64,000 nt of DNA. Source: a virus. The stretch is taken from the IMG/VR virus record IMGVR_UViG_3300023174_000123, positions 1 through 64,000 of that record; one strand, written 5' to 3'. Shown here one piece after another: positions 47,722 through 57,124 of this stretch (positions are counted from its first letter, which is position 1; every line of letters begins with the position of its first letter). The notes beneath the pieces are model-generated. The model did no database searches. It saw only the letters and a program-made list of their open reading frames with translations, and was not told the origin of the DNA. The position numbers and the translations under genes are program-made.

Positions 47722-48225
47722 ATGACAAACAGAACTATTCGAATATGCGGTTGGGGCACAGGTCAAAGTCCGGCCACTGTAACAGCCACGGTAGATGGCG
47801 AGCAAGTTTTTGCTGGTAAGATCGATCTGGTTGAATTACGTGCTGATAATCAAGGAGAATTTACAGCACCAGTACTTTTTACATTTGAGGTGCCCATGGA
47901 TTTCGTAGGTACCAAACACATGCGAGTAGTAGTAGAAGATGCCACGGTTAGATTTGCCTATGTGCAAGCCAACTATGTAACTGTAATGGGCAGATCTTCA
48001 GGACCTGACATGTATGTAGACTGTTCCGGATGCATCGACGGAGTCACAGACGCCAGGAAAAATGTGGTCATTGATGGCATTCTACAAACAGTGGATCGTA
48101 CCAAGGGCTATGGTGCCTGGCACTGGTTTATTGAACCCGGGTCAGTCATGGAGCATGATTTGGTAATATCTGCGGCTTTATTGGACACACTCAACCCCGA
48201 ACTTCAACAATTACCAACCTGGTAA
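47722..48225 (+). CDS. Hypothetical beta-rich late protein
   Basis: SD and ATG 47722; no recognised motif. Confidence 0.65.
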   Translation: MTNRTIRICGWGTGQSPATVTATVDGEQVFAGKIDLVELRADNQGEFTAPVLFTFEVPMDFVGTKHMRVVVEDATVRFAYVQANYVTVMGRSSGPDMYVDCSGCIDGVTDARKNVVIDGILQTVDRTKGYGAWHWFIEPGSVMEHDLVISAALLDTLNPELQQLPTW

Positions 48226-48232
48226 TATCAGG

Positions 48233-48261
48233 TTGACCAAATAATCCTGTTTTGCTATAAT
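48233..48261 (+). promoter_or_regulatory. Sigma70-type early promoter
   Basis: TTGACC-17 bp-TATAAT with extended TG. Confidence 0.85.
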
Positions 48262-48309
48262 TGTTACATAATGTAGTTTTTATACAACATTTTTGTAGAA
48301 AGGCAAAAT

Positions 48310-48534
48310 ATGAATCAAAAATTAAGAGCAGGTTTACAAACAGCCACAATCGGCGCATTCTGCGTGGCAGTGACATTTGCTTTCCAATACATGTCTGCCA
48401 ATATGACCCCTGAGCAGTTTGTGATTGGACTGGCAGTCATGGGCATAACCGCTTGTTTTTATACGATTTATTCTGTGTTATTGTCTCGTATTGAGTATCA
48501 AGACCACTTGAAGAGCATGGTTGACAAGAAATAA
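48310..48534 (+). CDS. Small early membrane protein (two predicted TM helices)
   Basis: Two hydrophobic stretches in 74 aa. Confidence 0.7.
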   Translation: MNQKLRAGLQTATIGAFCVAVTFAFQYMSANMTPEQFVIGLAVMGITACFYTIYSVLLSRIEYQDHLKSMVDKK

Positions 48535-48549
48535 TCCATTTGCTATAAT
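48521..48549 (+). promoter_or_regulatory. Consensus sigma70 early promoter
   Basis: TTGACA-17 bp-TATAAT with extended TG; AAGGAG SD downstream. Confidence 0.9.
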
Positions 48550-48581
48550 ATTATTATTAAAACAATCAACAAGGAGCTTGT

Positions 48582-49601
48582 ATGTCAACAATCGTGGTCA
48601 AATCTGGCAGTTATCGCAACACCCCTGTGAATAATGTCACATTCGCCTTGGTCAAGGGTTTTCAAACTGGGGCCAAGGGAGGCTATGTTACCGTGAAAGC
48701 AGATGGTTATTTTGGCCCCGAAGTGCCAGAAGTAGTTCGTATCAAAGTAGACAGCATTGAAGATTTGGAGTTCACCACTGACTCAGTGATTGCAGATCGC
48801 CCTGTGGTGACTCAGACTCCTGTGGAGACCGATGATGAAGTCATGGATCGTATTGGGCAGAGATTTGAAATCCTGCAAGAAATGACCCGTGCCACCATCG
48901 CTGGTGATGTCCGTGCCATGATCGTGGTAGGCCCTCCTGGAGTAGGTAAAAGTTACGGCGTAGAATACGAACTAGAAAAGTCTGGCCTGTTTGAACGCAT
49001 CACTGGTCGCAAGATCAAGTATGAAGTGATCAAAGGTGCCATGACTCCGATTGGGCTCTACTGCACGTTGTACAAACATTCAGATCCCAACAATGTCTTG
49101 GTGTTTGACGACTGTGACTCAGTGTTCCAAGATGACTTGAGCTTGAACATTCTCAAGGCTGCCCTGGACTCAGGCAAGAAGCGTAGGATCTACTGGAACT
49201 CAGACTCAGCCATGTTGCGCAGAGAAGGTGTTCCTGACTGTTTTGACTTCAAAGGTGGCTGTATTTTCATCACCAACTTGAAGTTTGACAACCTGCAGAG
49301 CAAGAAGATGAAGGACCATTTGGAGGCACTACAGAGTCGTTGCCACTTCTTGGACTTGACCTTGAACACCATGCGTGACAAGTTCTTGCGTATCAAGCAG
49401 ATCTTCCGCCAAGGACAACTGTTCAATGACTATGACTTTACACCAGAAAAAGGTGAAGAGATCCTGAACTTTATGGATGCCAACAAGGACCGCCTGCGTG
49501 AAATGAGCCTGCGTATGGCCTTGAAAATCGCAGACTTGACCAAGGTGTCTGACACCAACTGGAAGGCCCTGGCTGTATCAACATGTATGAAAAATTCTTA
49601 A
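48582..49601 (+). CDS. AAA+-type P-loop ATPase of unknown function
   Basis: GPPGVGKS, VLVFDDCD, IFITN sensor, ALQSRC arginine finger. Confidence 0.85.
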   Translation: MSTIVVKSGSYRNTPVNNVTFALVKGFQTGAKGGYVTVKADGYFGPEVPEVVRIKVDSIEDLEFTTDSVIADRPVVTQTPVETDDEVMDRIGQRFEILQEMTRATIAGDVRAMIVVGPPGVGKSYGVEYELEKSGLFERITGRKIKYEVIKGAMTPIGLYCTLYKHSDPNNVLVFDDCDSVFQDDLSLNILKAALDSGKKRRIYWNSDSAMLRREGVPDCFDFKGGCIFITNLKFDNLQSKKMKDHLEALQSRCHFLDLTLNTMRDKFLRIKQIFRQGQLFNDYDFTPEKGEEILNFMDANKDRLREMSLRMALKIADLTKVSDTNWKALAVSTCMKNS

Positions 49602-49664
49602 TCGTGTGCAAAACGGTTAAGTAATCGGTAGCTCCTGGGTAGACTCAAAAACTACCCATTTAAC

Positions 49665-49690
49665 ACAGGCACTTAGGTGCCTGTTTTTTT
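49665..49690 (+). terminator. Rho-independent terminator
   Basis: ACAGGCAC-TTAG-GTGCCTGT followed by T6. Confidence 0.9.
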
Positions 49691-49718
49691 GATCTTTGTC
49701 TGATAAGTATGTTATACT
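49689..49718 (+). promoter_or_regulatory. Extended -10 sigma70 promoter, leaderless
   Basis: TTGATC-18 bp-TATACT with TG; ATG 6 nt after the -10. Confidence 0.65.
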
Positions 49719-49724
49719 AGTTCC

Positions 49725-50270
49725 ATGCACTTTGTTTTCCCAGAAAATCTTTCAACAGTCAAGCCGCAAAATCTCTACAAGTGGGCGAGCATCTGGGGCA
49801 GCGTGCAAAAAAGATACTATCAAGATCAGGTGTATCTCAGGCGAGAACGGCAGATAGAAGATTTTATTACCTTGAATCAATTGACGCCGGTGTATGTGGA
49901 AAAAGACACAGACGTTTTAAAAAACTTGCAGTCAGTCTCACACCCGTCACAGGCCCGACTCGCAGTGATCACCGATCAACGCTTTAGTAGAATGCCATGT
50001 GTGGGCATAATCGAGCGCATTGATCAGCTTCTACAGCAGTGCCCTAGACTGTTCCTGTGCTTGAACCGTCACTACATCAATATTGATGACAGTTTCTGTG
50101 ATCCCACGCTGGATGACAATTTGAATTTGGCCGTTACTCAGTGGTTGCGTAAAAGTTTGCCGCAGGACAAGATACTAGACCTGAGTTTGGATTATTTAGA
50201 CCATGGTGATTGGTTTACTTGGGTGGTGCCTGACCGTATGTATTATATCGAGCGACATGAGATTAGTTGA
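49725..50270 (+). CDS. Hypothetical protein
   Basis: 181-aa ORF at promoter, overlapping the next gene. Confidence 0.65.
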   Translation: MHFVFPENLSTVKPQNLYKWASIWGSVQKRYYQDQVYLRRERQIEDFITLNQLTPVYVEKDTDVLKNLQSVSHPSQARLAVITDQRFSRMPCVGIIERIDQLLQQCPRLFLCLNRHYINIDDSFCDPTLDDNLNLAVTQWLRKSLPQDKILDLSLDYLDHGDWFTWVVPDRMYYIERHEIS

Positions 50271-50943
50271 ACAAATAATCAAAAACGAGCACAAAGAAAA
50301 TTTCAAGACTCGATACATCAAGTATCGAGCCGGAAGACTCAAGCATCAGTATTGGTTGTGGAATCGCAAACAAGATCAAAAAATCATAGACGAATATGAT
50401 GCCAAGATCTTGCGTAATTGTCAGCCTGGACGCACTGCTTTCTTTTCCAGTGCTGGTTACTATCTCAAAGACATTTGGCCCGAGATAGACTCTATTGAAA
50501 TGTATCCGGAGGTGCAGGAGTTTTATCCTGAAGTCATAACCGTGGAAAGCCGAAGCCAGTTGGCTGAAATTGTCACAGGCAAATACGATAACTTTGCTGT
50601 GGTAAACAATCGTGCCGACCACTGGGTATCCACACAGGGCCTGACCCAACACTTGCAAAATTATTCTAGTATCCTGAATCCAGGAGCTCGCGTGTTCTAT
50701 TCTTTTAGAGACACACAGATACACTATAACCGTCTCCGTATACAGGCTCGCCAACACTTCATGGACTGGGCCCTGGGCTTGAGTGACATTGGGCTGGATC
50801 TAGTCTGGTCTGACCTACAGTTTCGTCCCAAGATCAAAGACGGCCAGGGCAACTATGATGCCTTTGAAAATCCCGACACAGTCAATGGCAATTTAAAATT
50901 TTGGTTTGTTTATCAAGGACAGCCATGGAAGCCTGAACTATGA
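50257..50943 (+). CDS. Hypothetical protein, possible degenerate methyltransferase fold
   Basis: Start ATG 50257; KYDNFAV and ILNPGARVF weakly suggest a Rossmann methyltransferase. Confidence 0.55.
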   Translation: MRLVEQIIKNEHKENFKTRYIKYRAGRLKHQYWLWNRKQDQKIIDEYDAKILRNCQPGRTAFFSSAGYYLKDIWPEIDSIEMYPEVQEFYPEVITVESRSQLAEIVTGKYDNFAVVNNRADHWVSTQGLTQHLQNYSSILNPGARVFYSFRDTQIHYNRLRIQARQHFMDWALGLSDIGLDLVWSDLQFRPKIKDGQGNYDAFENPDTVNGNLKFWFVYQGQPWKPEL

Positions 50944-51473
50944 ATCATATAGTTTGCTACACCGGAGGAACCTGTGGAGATCTGATTGCGGCCATGATAG
51001 ATTCCACCGATGTAGAAGTTAAAAATCGTGTGATAATGCACGCCGAACAAAGGCAACGGCTTAAAAAACCGCACACCTTTGCCAACGATCAACAAAAGAC
51101 CGAATACCTTGACACTATATTCCAGACCTATAAGAGCGTGCCCAGTCATGATTTGAACTATCACGTGAACAACAGGCATAAATTTATAGCAATCACTGTG
51201 CAAGATTTTGCAACCGCTGTGTGGGCAGCCGAACGATTCAAACTGGTGCATAGACCACATGTGTGGCAAGAAATGACTCGTGCCTGTGGAGCCGACACTG
51301 TGGAGGACTATGCACAAATCTTGATTGATTATTCCCGCATGGTAGTGCAACATACTGATCAGGTGCTTGAATTAGAACGCATCGTCAAAGGGCATGCCGT
51401 GGATGATCTAAAACAATATGTAGACACTGACCTTGATCAGGGTTTATACTTGAACTGGTTAAACAGACAATGA
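50940..51473 (+). CDS. Hypothetical protein, possible sulfotransferase-like P-loop fold
   Basis: IVCYTGGTCGDLI start; ATGA overlaps at both ends. Confidence 0.55.
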   Translation: MNHIVCYTGGTCGDLIAAMIDSTDVEVKNRVIMHAEQRQRLKKPHTFANDQQKTEYLDTIFQTYKSVPSHDLNYHVNNRHKFIAITVQDFATAVWAAERFKLVHRPHVWQEMTRACGADTVEDYAQILIDYSRMVVQHTDQVLELERIVKGHAVDDLKQYVDTDLDQGLYLNWLNRQ

Positions 51474-52933
51474 GAACAGCAACTATTATCATACGCGACG
51501 AAGTCAATATCAAGATTGAAGGTCTTGAGTTAGATGCTCGTCGTAGTTGTGTCAATGCATTCAAATATGATGTGCCTTATGCACGGTATCTGCCTGCCGT
51601 GAGATTGGGTCGTTGGGACGGCAAGGTTTCGTATTTCCAACTAGGCGGTAGCACTTATGTGAACTTGTTGCCAGAAATCATACCCATATTAGAAAAGTTC
51701 AACTACGACATTGAAGTAGATGATCAGCGAGAATATTCCACCACTTTTGAATTCAAGCAAGTCACTGAAGACAGTTACAGCCATATAGCCTGGCCCAAAG
51801 GACATCCGGCCGCAGGTGAACCCATGAAACTGCGTGACTATCAGGTAGAGATCATCAACAACTTCTTGGCCAATCCACAGTGCCTGCAAGAGGTGGCCAC
51901 AGGTGCTGGTAAGACTGTGATGACCGCGGCACTCAGTGATGCTGTCACAGCCTATGGTCGTAGCATCGTGATCGTGCCCAACAAGAGCTTGGTCACGCAA
52001 ACAGAAAAAGACTACATCAACATGGGACTGGATGTGGGTGTGTACTTTGGCGATCGTAAAGAATGGGGGTGTCAGCACACTATTTGTACCTGGCAGAGCT
52101 TGAACGTGCTACTCAAAAACACAAAAAATGGCACCACCGAGGATGACTGCACCATAGGTGAGTTTATAGAAGGTGTGGCGTGCGTGATTGTGGACGAAGT
52201 GCATATGGCCAAGGCCGATGCACTGAAGACCTTGCTAACAGGAGTAATGAGTCGCATACCCATACGCTGGGGACTCACTGGAACCATACCCAAAGAAAAG
52301 TTTGAAAGCGTGGCGCTCTTGGTCAGTCTTGGTCCGGTAATCAGCAAGCTCAGTGCCAGTGAACTGCAAAGTCAAGGTGTCTTGGCACAGTGCCATGTGA
52401 ACATCGTGCAGTTGGAAGATCATGCAGAGTTCTCAAACTATCAAAGCGAGCTCAAATACTTGTTGGAAGAACCCGACAGGCTGAAAACCATAGCTGACCT
52501 GGTGCGACAAGTCAATGCCACAGGCAATACCTTGGTCCTGGTAGATCGTATCGCCGCAGGCCAGGCTCTAGTAGAACAACTCAAGGATGCAGTATTTGTT
52601 AGCGGTGCAACCAAAGCAAAGGATAGACAAGATGAATATGACGAAGTGGCTGTGGCAGACGGTAAAATCATCGTGGCCACTTATGGCGTTGCTGCTGTGG
52701 GTATCAATATACCTAGGATTTTTAACCTGGTGCTCATTGAACCAGGTAAGTCCTTTGTCCGTGTTATTCAAAGCATAGGACGTGGTATCCGCAAGGCCGA
52801 AGACAAGGATCATGTGCAGATCTGGGACGTGACCAGTACCTGTAGATTTGCCAAACGGCATCTAACCAAACGCAAGACCTTTTACAAAGAAGCCAACTAC
52901 CCATTCACACAGGAAAAGTTGCAGTGGAAGTAG
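51470..52933 (+). CDS. uvsW: SF2 DNA helicase (UvsW-like)
   Basis: LRDYQ, ATGAGKT, DEVH, GLTGT, GINIP, QSIGRGIR. Confidence 0.9.
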   Translation: MRTATIIIRDEVNIKIEGLELDARRSCVNAFKYDVPYARYLPAVRLGRWDGKVSYFQLGGSTYVNLLPEIIPILEKFNYDIEVDDQREYSTTFEFKQVTEDSYSHIAWPKGHPAAGEPMKLRDYQVEIINNFLANPQCLQEVATGAGKTVMTAALSDAVTAYGRSIVIVPNKSLVTQTEKDYINMGLDVGVYFGDRKEWGCQHTICTWQSLNVLLKNTKNGTTEDDCTIGEFIEGVACVIVDEVHMAKADALKTLLTGVMSRIPIRWGLTGTIPKEKFESVALLVSLGPVISKLSASELQSQGVLAQCHVNIVQLEDHAEFSNYQSELKYLLEEPDRLKTIADLVRQVNATGNTLVLVDRIAAGQALVEQLKDAVFVSGATKAKDRQDEYDEVAVADGKIIVATYGVAAVGINIPRIFNLVLIEPGKSFVRVIQSIGRGIRKAEDKDHVQIWDVTSTCRFAKRHLTKRKTFYKEANYPFTQEKLQWK

Positions 52934-52936
52934 TGG

Positions 52937-52964
52937 TTGCTCTTGCGAAAATATATGTTATAAT
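52937..52964 (+). promoter_or_regulatory. Extended -10 sigma70 promoter, leaderless
   Basis: TTGCTC-16 bp-TATAAT with TG; ATG 6 nt after the -10. Confidence 0.75.
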
Positions 52965-52970
52965 CAATGT

Positions 52971-53471
52971 ATGAGAATATTAACACTGGACAACGAACCA
53001 TTTGACCTAGATCACTTGCCAGAAGAAGTGGATGACATGAGATTTGCTATATTTGACAACAGCGATCCCAAAGATCCTGATTATCATTACATACCTTTGA
53101 TCTTTCTAGAAAGCTTCACAGCGCCGGCCTTGGTTTTACGCATCGGTGAATATAGAGTCAAAATGCCCGTGGACTGGCAAATCCTGATCGGCGAGCCCGA
53201 TCTTGGCGACTTGGAAGTCCTACCGTTGACAGCTATCAATGATCGCGGATTCAAGGCCTTCCAGTTTAATCCCTTGAGCAGTTTCAGACCCAGTTTTTTG
53301 GATGTAGAGATCATTGACGTGTATCAAGAGGTTACCTGGTATGCGCCCAAACTCAAGAACGGTCAGATGTTGTGTGTGCCTATAGGTGAAGGTCTCAAAC
53401 CCGACTGCGTATATTTTGTCAAAGATATCAGCAGAAACTGTGAAGTAGTAAACTATAATCAGGCCTGGTAG
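52971..53471 (+). CDS. Hypothetical beta-rich protein
   Basis: First gene of the operon; 166 aa. Confidence 0.75.
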   Translation: MRILTLDNEPFDLDHLPEEVDDMRFAIFDNSDPKDPDYHYIPLIFLESFTAPALVLRIGEYRVKMPVDWQILIGEPDLGDLEVLPLTAINDRGFKAFQFNPLSSFRPSFLDVEIIDVYQEVTWYAPKLKNGQMLCVPIGEGLKPDCVYFVKDISRNCEVVNYNQAW

Positions 53472-53917
53472 TGGAAAAACTCAGTATACAAAATGAAATG
53501 TCCCAGTTTGATCGCAAGAATCGCAGATTCTATGATGAACTGACCAACGAAGAAAAGAAAAAGTTTAGTAACTATCTCATGATACGCTGGGGCAGTTGTG
53601 TGCAAGGTTCAAGGGACCTACAAGAGTTTTATTTGATCTCTACCAATGAACGCTTGAACAAGAGATTTTTTGACATCAACCGCCATCCTCGATTGCAGTG
53701 GCTCATAGCTACTACAGTGAGCCCTGGCATGGGCACTCATAGACATCAATGGATAGCTCCCAAGAAAAAAGAAGCAGGAGCCACGGCCATACGTAAGCAG
53801 TTGGCTGAACTATATACACATCTCAAAGATGATGAACTGGACCTGTTGGCCAAGATTACCACAAAAAAAGACATAGACGAATATATAAAAGCCGCAGGGC
53901 AAGACACAAAAAAATGA
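53471..53917 (+). CDS. Clamp-loader small subunit-like protein (T4 gp62-like)
   Basis: KFSNYLMIRWGS...NERLN...LQWL...QWIAPKKK pattern resembles gp62 of T4-like phages. Confidence 0.55.
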   Translation: MEKLSIQNEMSQFDRKNRRFYDELTNEEKKKFSNYLMIRWGSCVQGSRDLQEFYLISTNERLNKRFFDINRHPRLQWLIATTVSPGMGTHRHQWIAPKKKEAGATAIRKQLAELYTHLKDDELDLLAKITTKKDIDEYIKAAGQDTKK

Positions 53918-54663
53918 AACAGTACAAAAATTTACTAGTCTCAGGGTGCAGTTTTAGTCAAGATTTTTGGTTTAATGGTATAGGCGGCGAACCTCCTAGC
54001 GAAACATCGCCAGGCGATTGTGTGTATATCACCGATCCTAAATTCTCAGTTGAGATGCCTAGAAGCTGGTCTGGATTCTTGGCAAAAAAATTAGAAGTTA
54101 CCAGTTTTGTGAATGTTGCGGCAAGTGCCCACGGAAACATATTGGTCGCACATTCTATTTTAGAATGTATAAACAGATTTTATTATACAGCGGAAGACAC
54201 GTTAGTAGTGATTAATCTTTCTGAACCATGGCGGCTCGATTTATTTTGTGAATATGATCATCCAGAAGTTGATAAAAAATATATTCCATGGAAGCAATCT
54301 TTTATACCTTATTCTTATTTAGATGCCAATGGTAAAATCACATCAGAGCTCCGTAAAAATATTGGTCTTGAGCAGGTAGGAGTTATCACATCAAATTCTA
54401 TAGATTTTTTATTTAATTTTTTACAAAACAAAAAAATAGATTTTTATTTTTTGTTAATGAGTGATTTTGATAACACTGTATTAAAACCGGTGATTGATAG
54501 ATTCAGAGAGCATCAGATAGAACTGACACCAGGATCAAACATGATCTCGTTTGGACAACTCACAAAAACATACGTATCAGAATCTAACTGGCATCTAGGA
54601 GTCAAAGGTGCCAGCCTGGTCGCCGATCAAATATATCGCCATATCAAAAGCAAACAAGAATGA
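53914..54663 (+). CDS. AT-rich SGNH-hydrolase-like accessory protein
   Basis: LLVSGCSFS, NVAASAHGN, LSEPWRLD, C-terminal WHLG..G. Confidence 0.6.
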   Translation: MKQYKNLLVSGCSFSQDFWFNGIGGEPPSETSPGDCVYITDPKFSVEMPRSWSGFLAKKLEVTSFVNVAASAHGNILVAHSILECINRFYYTAEDTLVVINLSEPWRLDLFCEYDHPEVDKKYIPWKQSFIPYSYLDANGKITSELRKNIGLEQVGVITSNSIDFLFNFLQNKKIDFYFLLMSDFDNTVLKPVIDRFREHQIELTPGSNMISFGQLTKTYVSESNWHLGVKGASLVADQIYRHIKSKQE

Positions 54664-55334
54664 AGTATACCTGTCAGTATTGTAAGAAGGACTTTATAAA
54701 GGAGAGTAGTCTTGCGGTGCACAGTTGCGAGCCGCGACGGCGTCGCATGGAAAAAGATGAAGCAGGTGTGCGATTAGGATTCCATGCTTATTTGAAGTTC
54801 TATGAGCTGACACAGGGTAGTGCAAAGTTAAAAACCCATGATGACTTTTGTGAAAGTCCTTACTATCGTGCCTTTGTAAAGTTTGGTCGCTACTGTGTGG
54901 ACATTCGTGCTGTCAATCCGGCACGTTTTGTAGAATGGGTACTAAAACAAAACAAAAAGATTGATCACTGGTGTCGAGATACTATATATACCGAATACCT
55001 AATAGACTATTTGCGTATAGAAAATATCAATGATGCTCTGGCCCGTGCCATGGAGTTTGGTATTGATTGGGCAGAGAAGTCCGGACATCCAGCAGAAGAT
55101 TGCTTGCGTTATGGCAACACAAATGCCATGGTCTATGCGATAACTGCCGGTCGCATCAGTCCGTGGATCGTTTATAATTGTGAAAGTGGTCAAAAGTTTT
55201 TGAGCGAACTTGATGCCACACAGATTGCCATGATATGGCCTTACATTGATTCAGAAGTGTGGATGAAAAAATTTGCAGACTATGTGGCAGATCAGGAATA
55301 TGCTCGAAATATATTGACAGAGGCAGGTTGGTAA
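54660..55334 (+). CDS. Hypothetical protein with N-terminal C2HC/C2H2-like zinc finger
   Basis: YTCQYCKKDFIKESSLAVHSC. Confidence 0.75.
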   Translation: MKYTCQYCKKDFIKESSLAVHSCEPRRRRMEKDEAGVRLGFHAYLKFYELTQGSAKLKTHDDFCESPYYRAFVKFGRYCVDIRAVNPARFVEWVLKQNKKIDHWCRDTIYTEYLIDYLRIENINDALARAMEFGIDWAEKSGHPAEDCLRYGNTNAMVYAITAGRISPWIVYNCESGQKFLSELDATQIAMIWPYIDSEVWMKKFADYVADQEYARNILTEAGW

Positions 55335-56737
55335 TGGAAAAAAATAAAGAAATTGATCTCAAAGATCACCATGTGGTTATTGCTGGAATGCCTTTGGTTA
55401 ATTCTATACATGCTCCATTGGCAGCACCTGCGGTACTGAAATCTTCTTTGAATCTATCTGGTATAAAAGCCACGGCCCTGGATCTTAACATTGAGGTTTT
55501 GTTAAAAATCAAATCTCATCCTGAATACAACAATCTATTAAAATTTTTCAAGGAGCAACAAGCTGAGGACTGGGTAACTCAGGAAATTTCAAAAATATTA
55601 TTTTATTGTGCTCATAGAATCATTGATTTAAAACCAACAGTGATTGCATTGAGTTTACTAACTTACGAATGTCAAAATTTTACACTTTGGCTGTGTGCTG
55701 TGTTACGTGATTTGTGCCCTGAAATCAAGATAGTGGCTGGAGGGCCTGGTATCAAATATTCAGTATCGAATTTTGATGATACGACCTTCCGAGACACTGC
55801 AAAAGAATTAAATCTAATAGATGACTGGATCGCCGGCGACGGTGATCAATCTTTAATTGAATATGTAAAAGGTAATTGTACTTTTCCTGGAATAAACAAT
55901 GATGTCTGGCAACCCATCGCCGATCTGGACTCTTTGCCTTATCCAGACTGGTCTGATTATAATTTTTATCTGTATTCTCAAAACTTTATGCCGATAGTAG
56001 ACGCCAAAGGCTGTGTTAGAAATTGTGAATTTTGTGACGTGATTGAGTATTGGAAAAAATTTCAATCCAGAGATGCAGAATCAATTTTTGAAGAAATGTT
56101 ATATCAAATGGAAAAATATAACATGAGAGATTTTGACTTCAGGAGCAGCATTACCAATGGCAATCTGCGAGAGTTTAAAAAATTGTTAAAGTTAATGGAC
56201 GACTACAACAAGGACAAATATAGGCCAGAGCAGATAAGTTGGAATGCCAGTTTTATTATACGACAACAAAGCCAACATACCGAAGAGATGTTTAGACAAA
56301 TGGGCGCCACCCATGCTACCTTGAGCCTGGGCGTGGAAAGTATCGTGCCCGAAGTTCGAAAAAAACTAGGCAAAACATTTGAAAATTCTGACATAGATTA
56401 TCATTTGCAAATGGCCGAAAAATATAATGTAAAAGTTATTTTAATGATTATAACCGGGTACCCTTCAGAAACTCTTCAAGATTATGAGTTTACCAAACAA
56501 TGGTTTCGAGATAGAGCACACTATAAAAATGTTATTTCGAGATTATTTTTGTCTCCGGCAGAGATCATACCCGGAACTCAATTACACAAGAATATGGACA
56601 AACATAAAATTATTCCTATCAAAGAAAATAAGAAATGGCAGACTGAGACCATAACCATCGAAGAGAGAAAAAAATATCACAATGAATTGGTACATTTATG
56701 CTCAAAAGAACTAGGATTTAACATTGAAGTCTACTAA
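55334..56737 (+). CDS. Cobalamin-binding-domain radical SAM enzyme (class B methyltransferase-like), AT-rich
   Basis: PLAAPAVLKS, KIVAGGP, GDGD, DLDSLPYPDW, KGCVRNCEFC, LGVES, ITGYPSET; start ATG 55334. Confidence 0.88.
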   Translation: MEKNKEIDLKDHHVVIAGMPLVNSIHAPLAAPAVLKSSLNLSGIKATALDLNIEVLLKIKSHPEYNNLLKFFKEQQAEDWVTQEISKILFYCAHRIIDLKPTVIALSLLTYECQNFTLWLCAVLRDLCPEIKIVAGGPGIKYSVSNFDDTTFRDTAKELNLIDDWIAGDGDQSLIEYVKGNCTFPGINNDVWQPIADLDSLPYPDWSDYNFYLYSQNFMPIVDAKGCVRNCEFCDVIEYWKKFQSRDAESIFEEMLYQMEKYNMRDFDFRSSITNGNLREFKKLLKLMDDYNKDKYRPEQISWNASFIIRQQSQHTEEMFRQMGATHATLSLGVESIVPEVRKKLGKTFENSDIDYHLQMAEKYNVKVILMIITGYPSETLQDYEFTKQWFRDRAHYKNVISRLFLSPAEIIPGTQLHKNMDKHKIIPIKENKKWQTETITIEERKKYHNELVHLCSKELGFNIEVY

Positions 56738-57116
56738 TATTAAATTACTGCTTGAATTCTCACATCCGGCGATTGATCTAAAAATTTTTGATAGGCATGG
56801 AAAGATATTGATTGATCAAACAAATAATCAATCAATATCATTGATTAATTTTTGTATATCCATGCCCAATCAACTTACCATTGCGATCGATAATGTGTTA
56901 CCTGGATACATTGTAAAGGTGTTAGAAATGAAAATAGGACCTATAAAATTATCTAATTCAATTCTTTCTCAAATTTTTTCATTTTACGATCAACAAGACA
57001 ATCAAGTTACCACCTATGTTTGGCGATCAAATGGAAAAGCAGTGGTTGATTTGTTTTCTGAAGATTGGATACAATATCATTTGCTGTATAGAAACAAAAT
57101 ACAAACTGACCAATAA
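56724..57116 (+). CDS. AT-rich hypothetical protein
   Basis: Fills the gap after the radical SAM gene; TTG start uncertain. Confidence 0.55.
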   Translation: MKSTNIKLLLEFSHPAIDLKIFDRHGKILIDQTNNQSISLINFCISMPNQLTIAIDNVLPGYIVKVLEMKIGPIKLSNSILSQIFSFYDQQDNQVTTYVWRSNGKAVVDLFSEDWIQYHLLYRNKIQTDQ

Positions 57117-57124
57117 AAATAATC

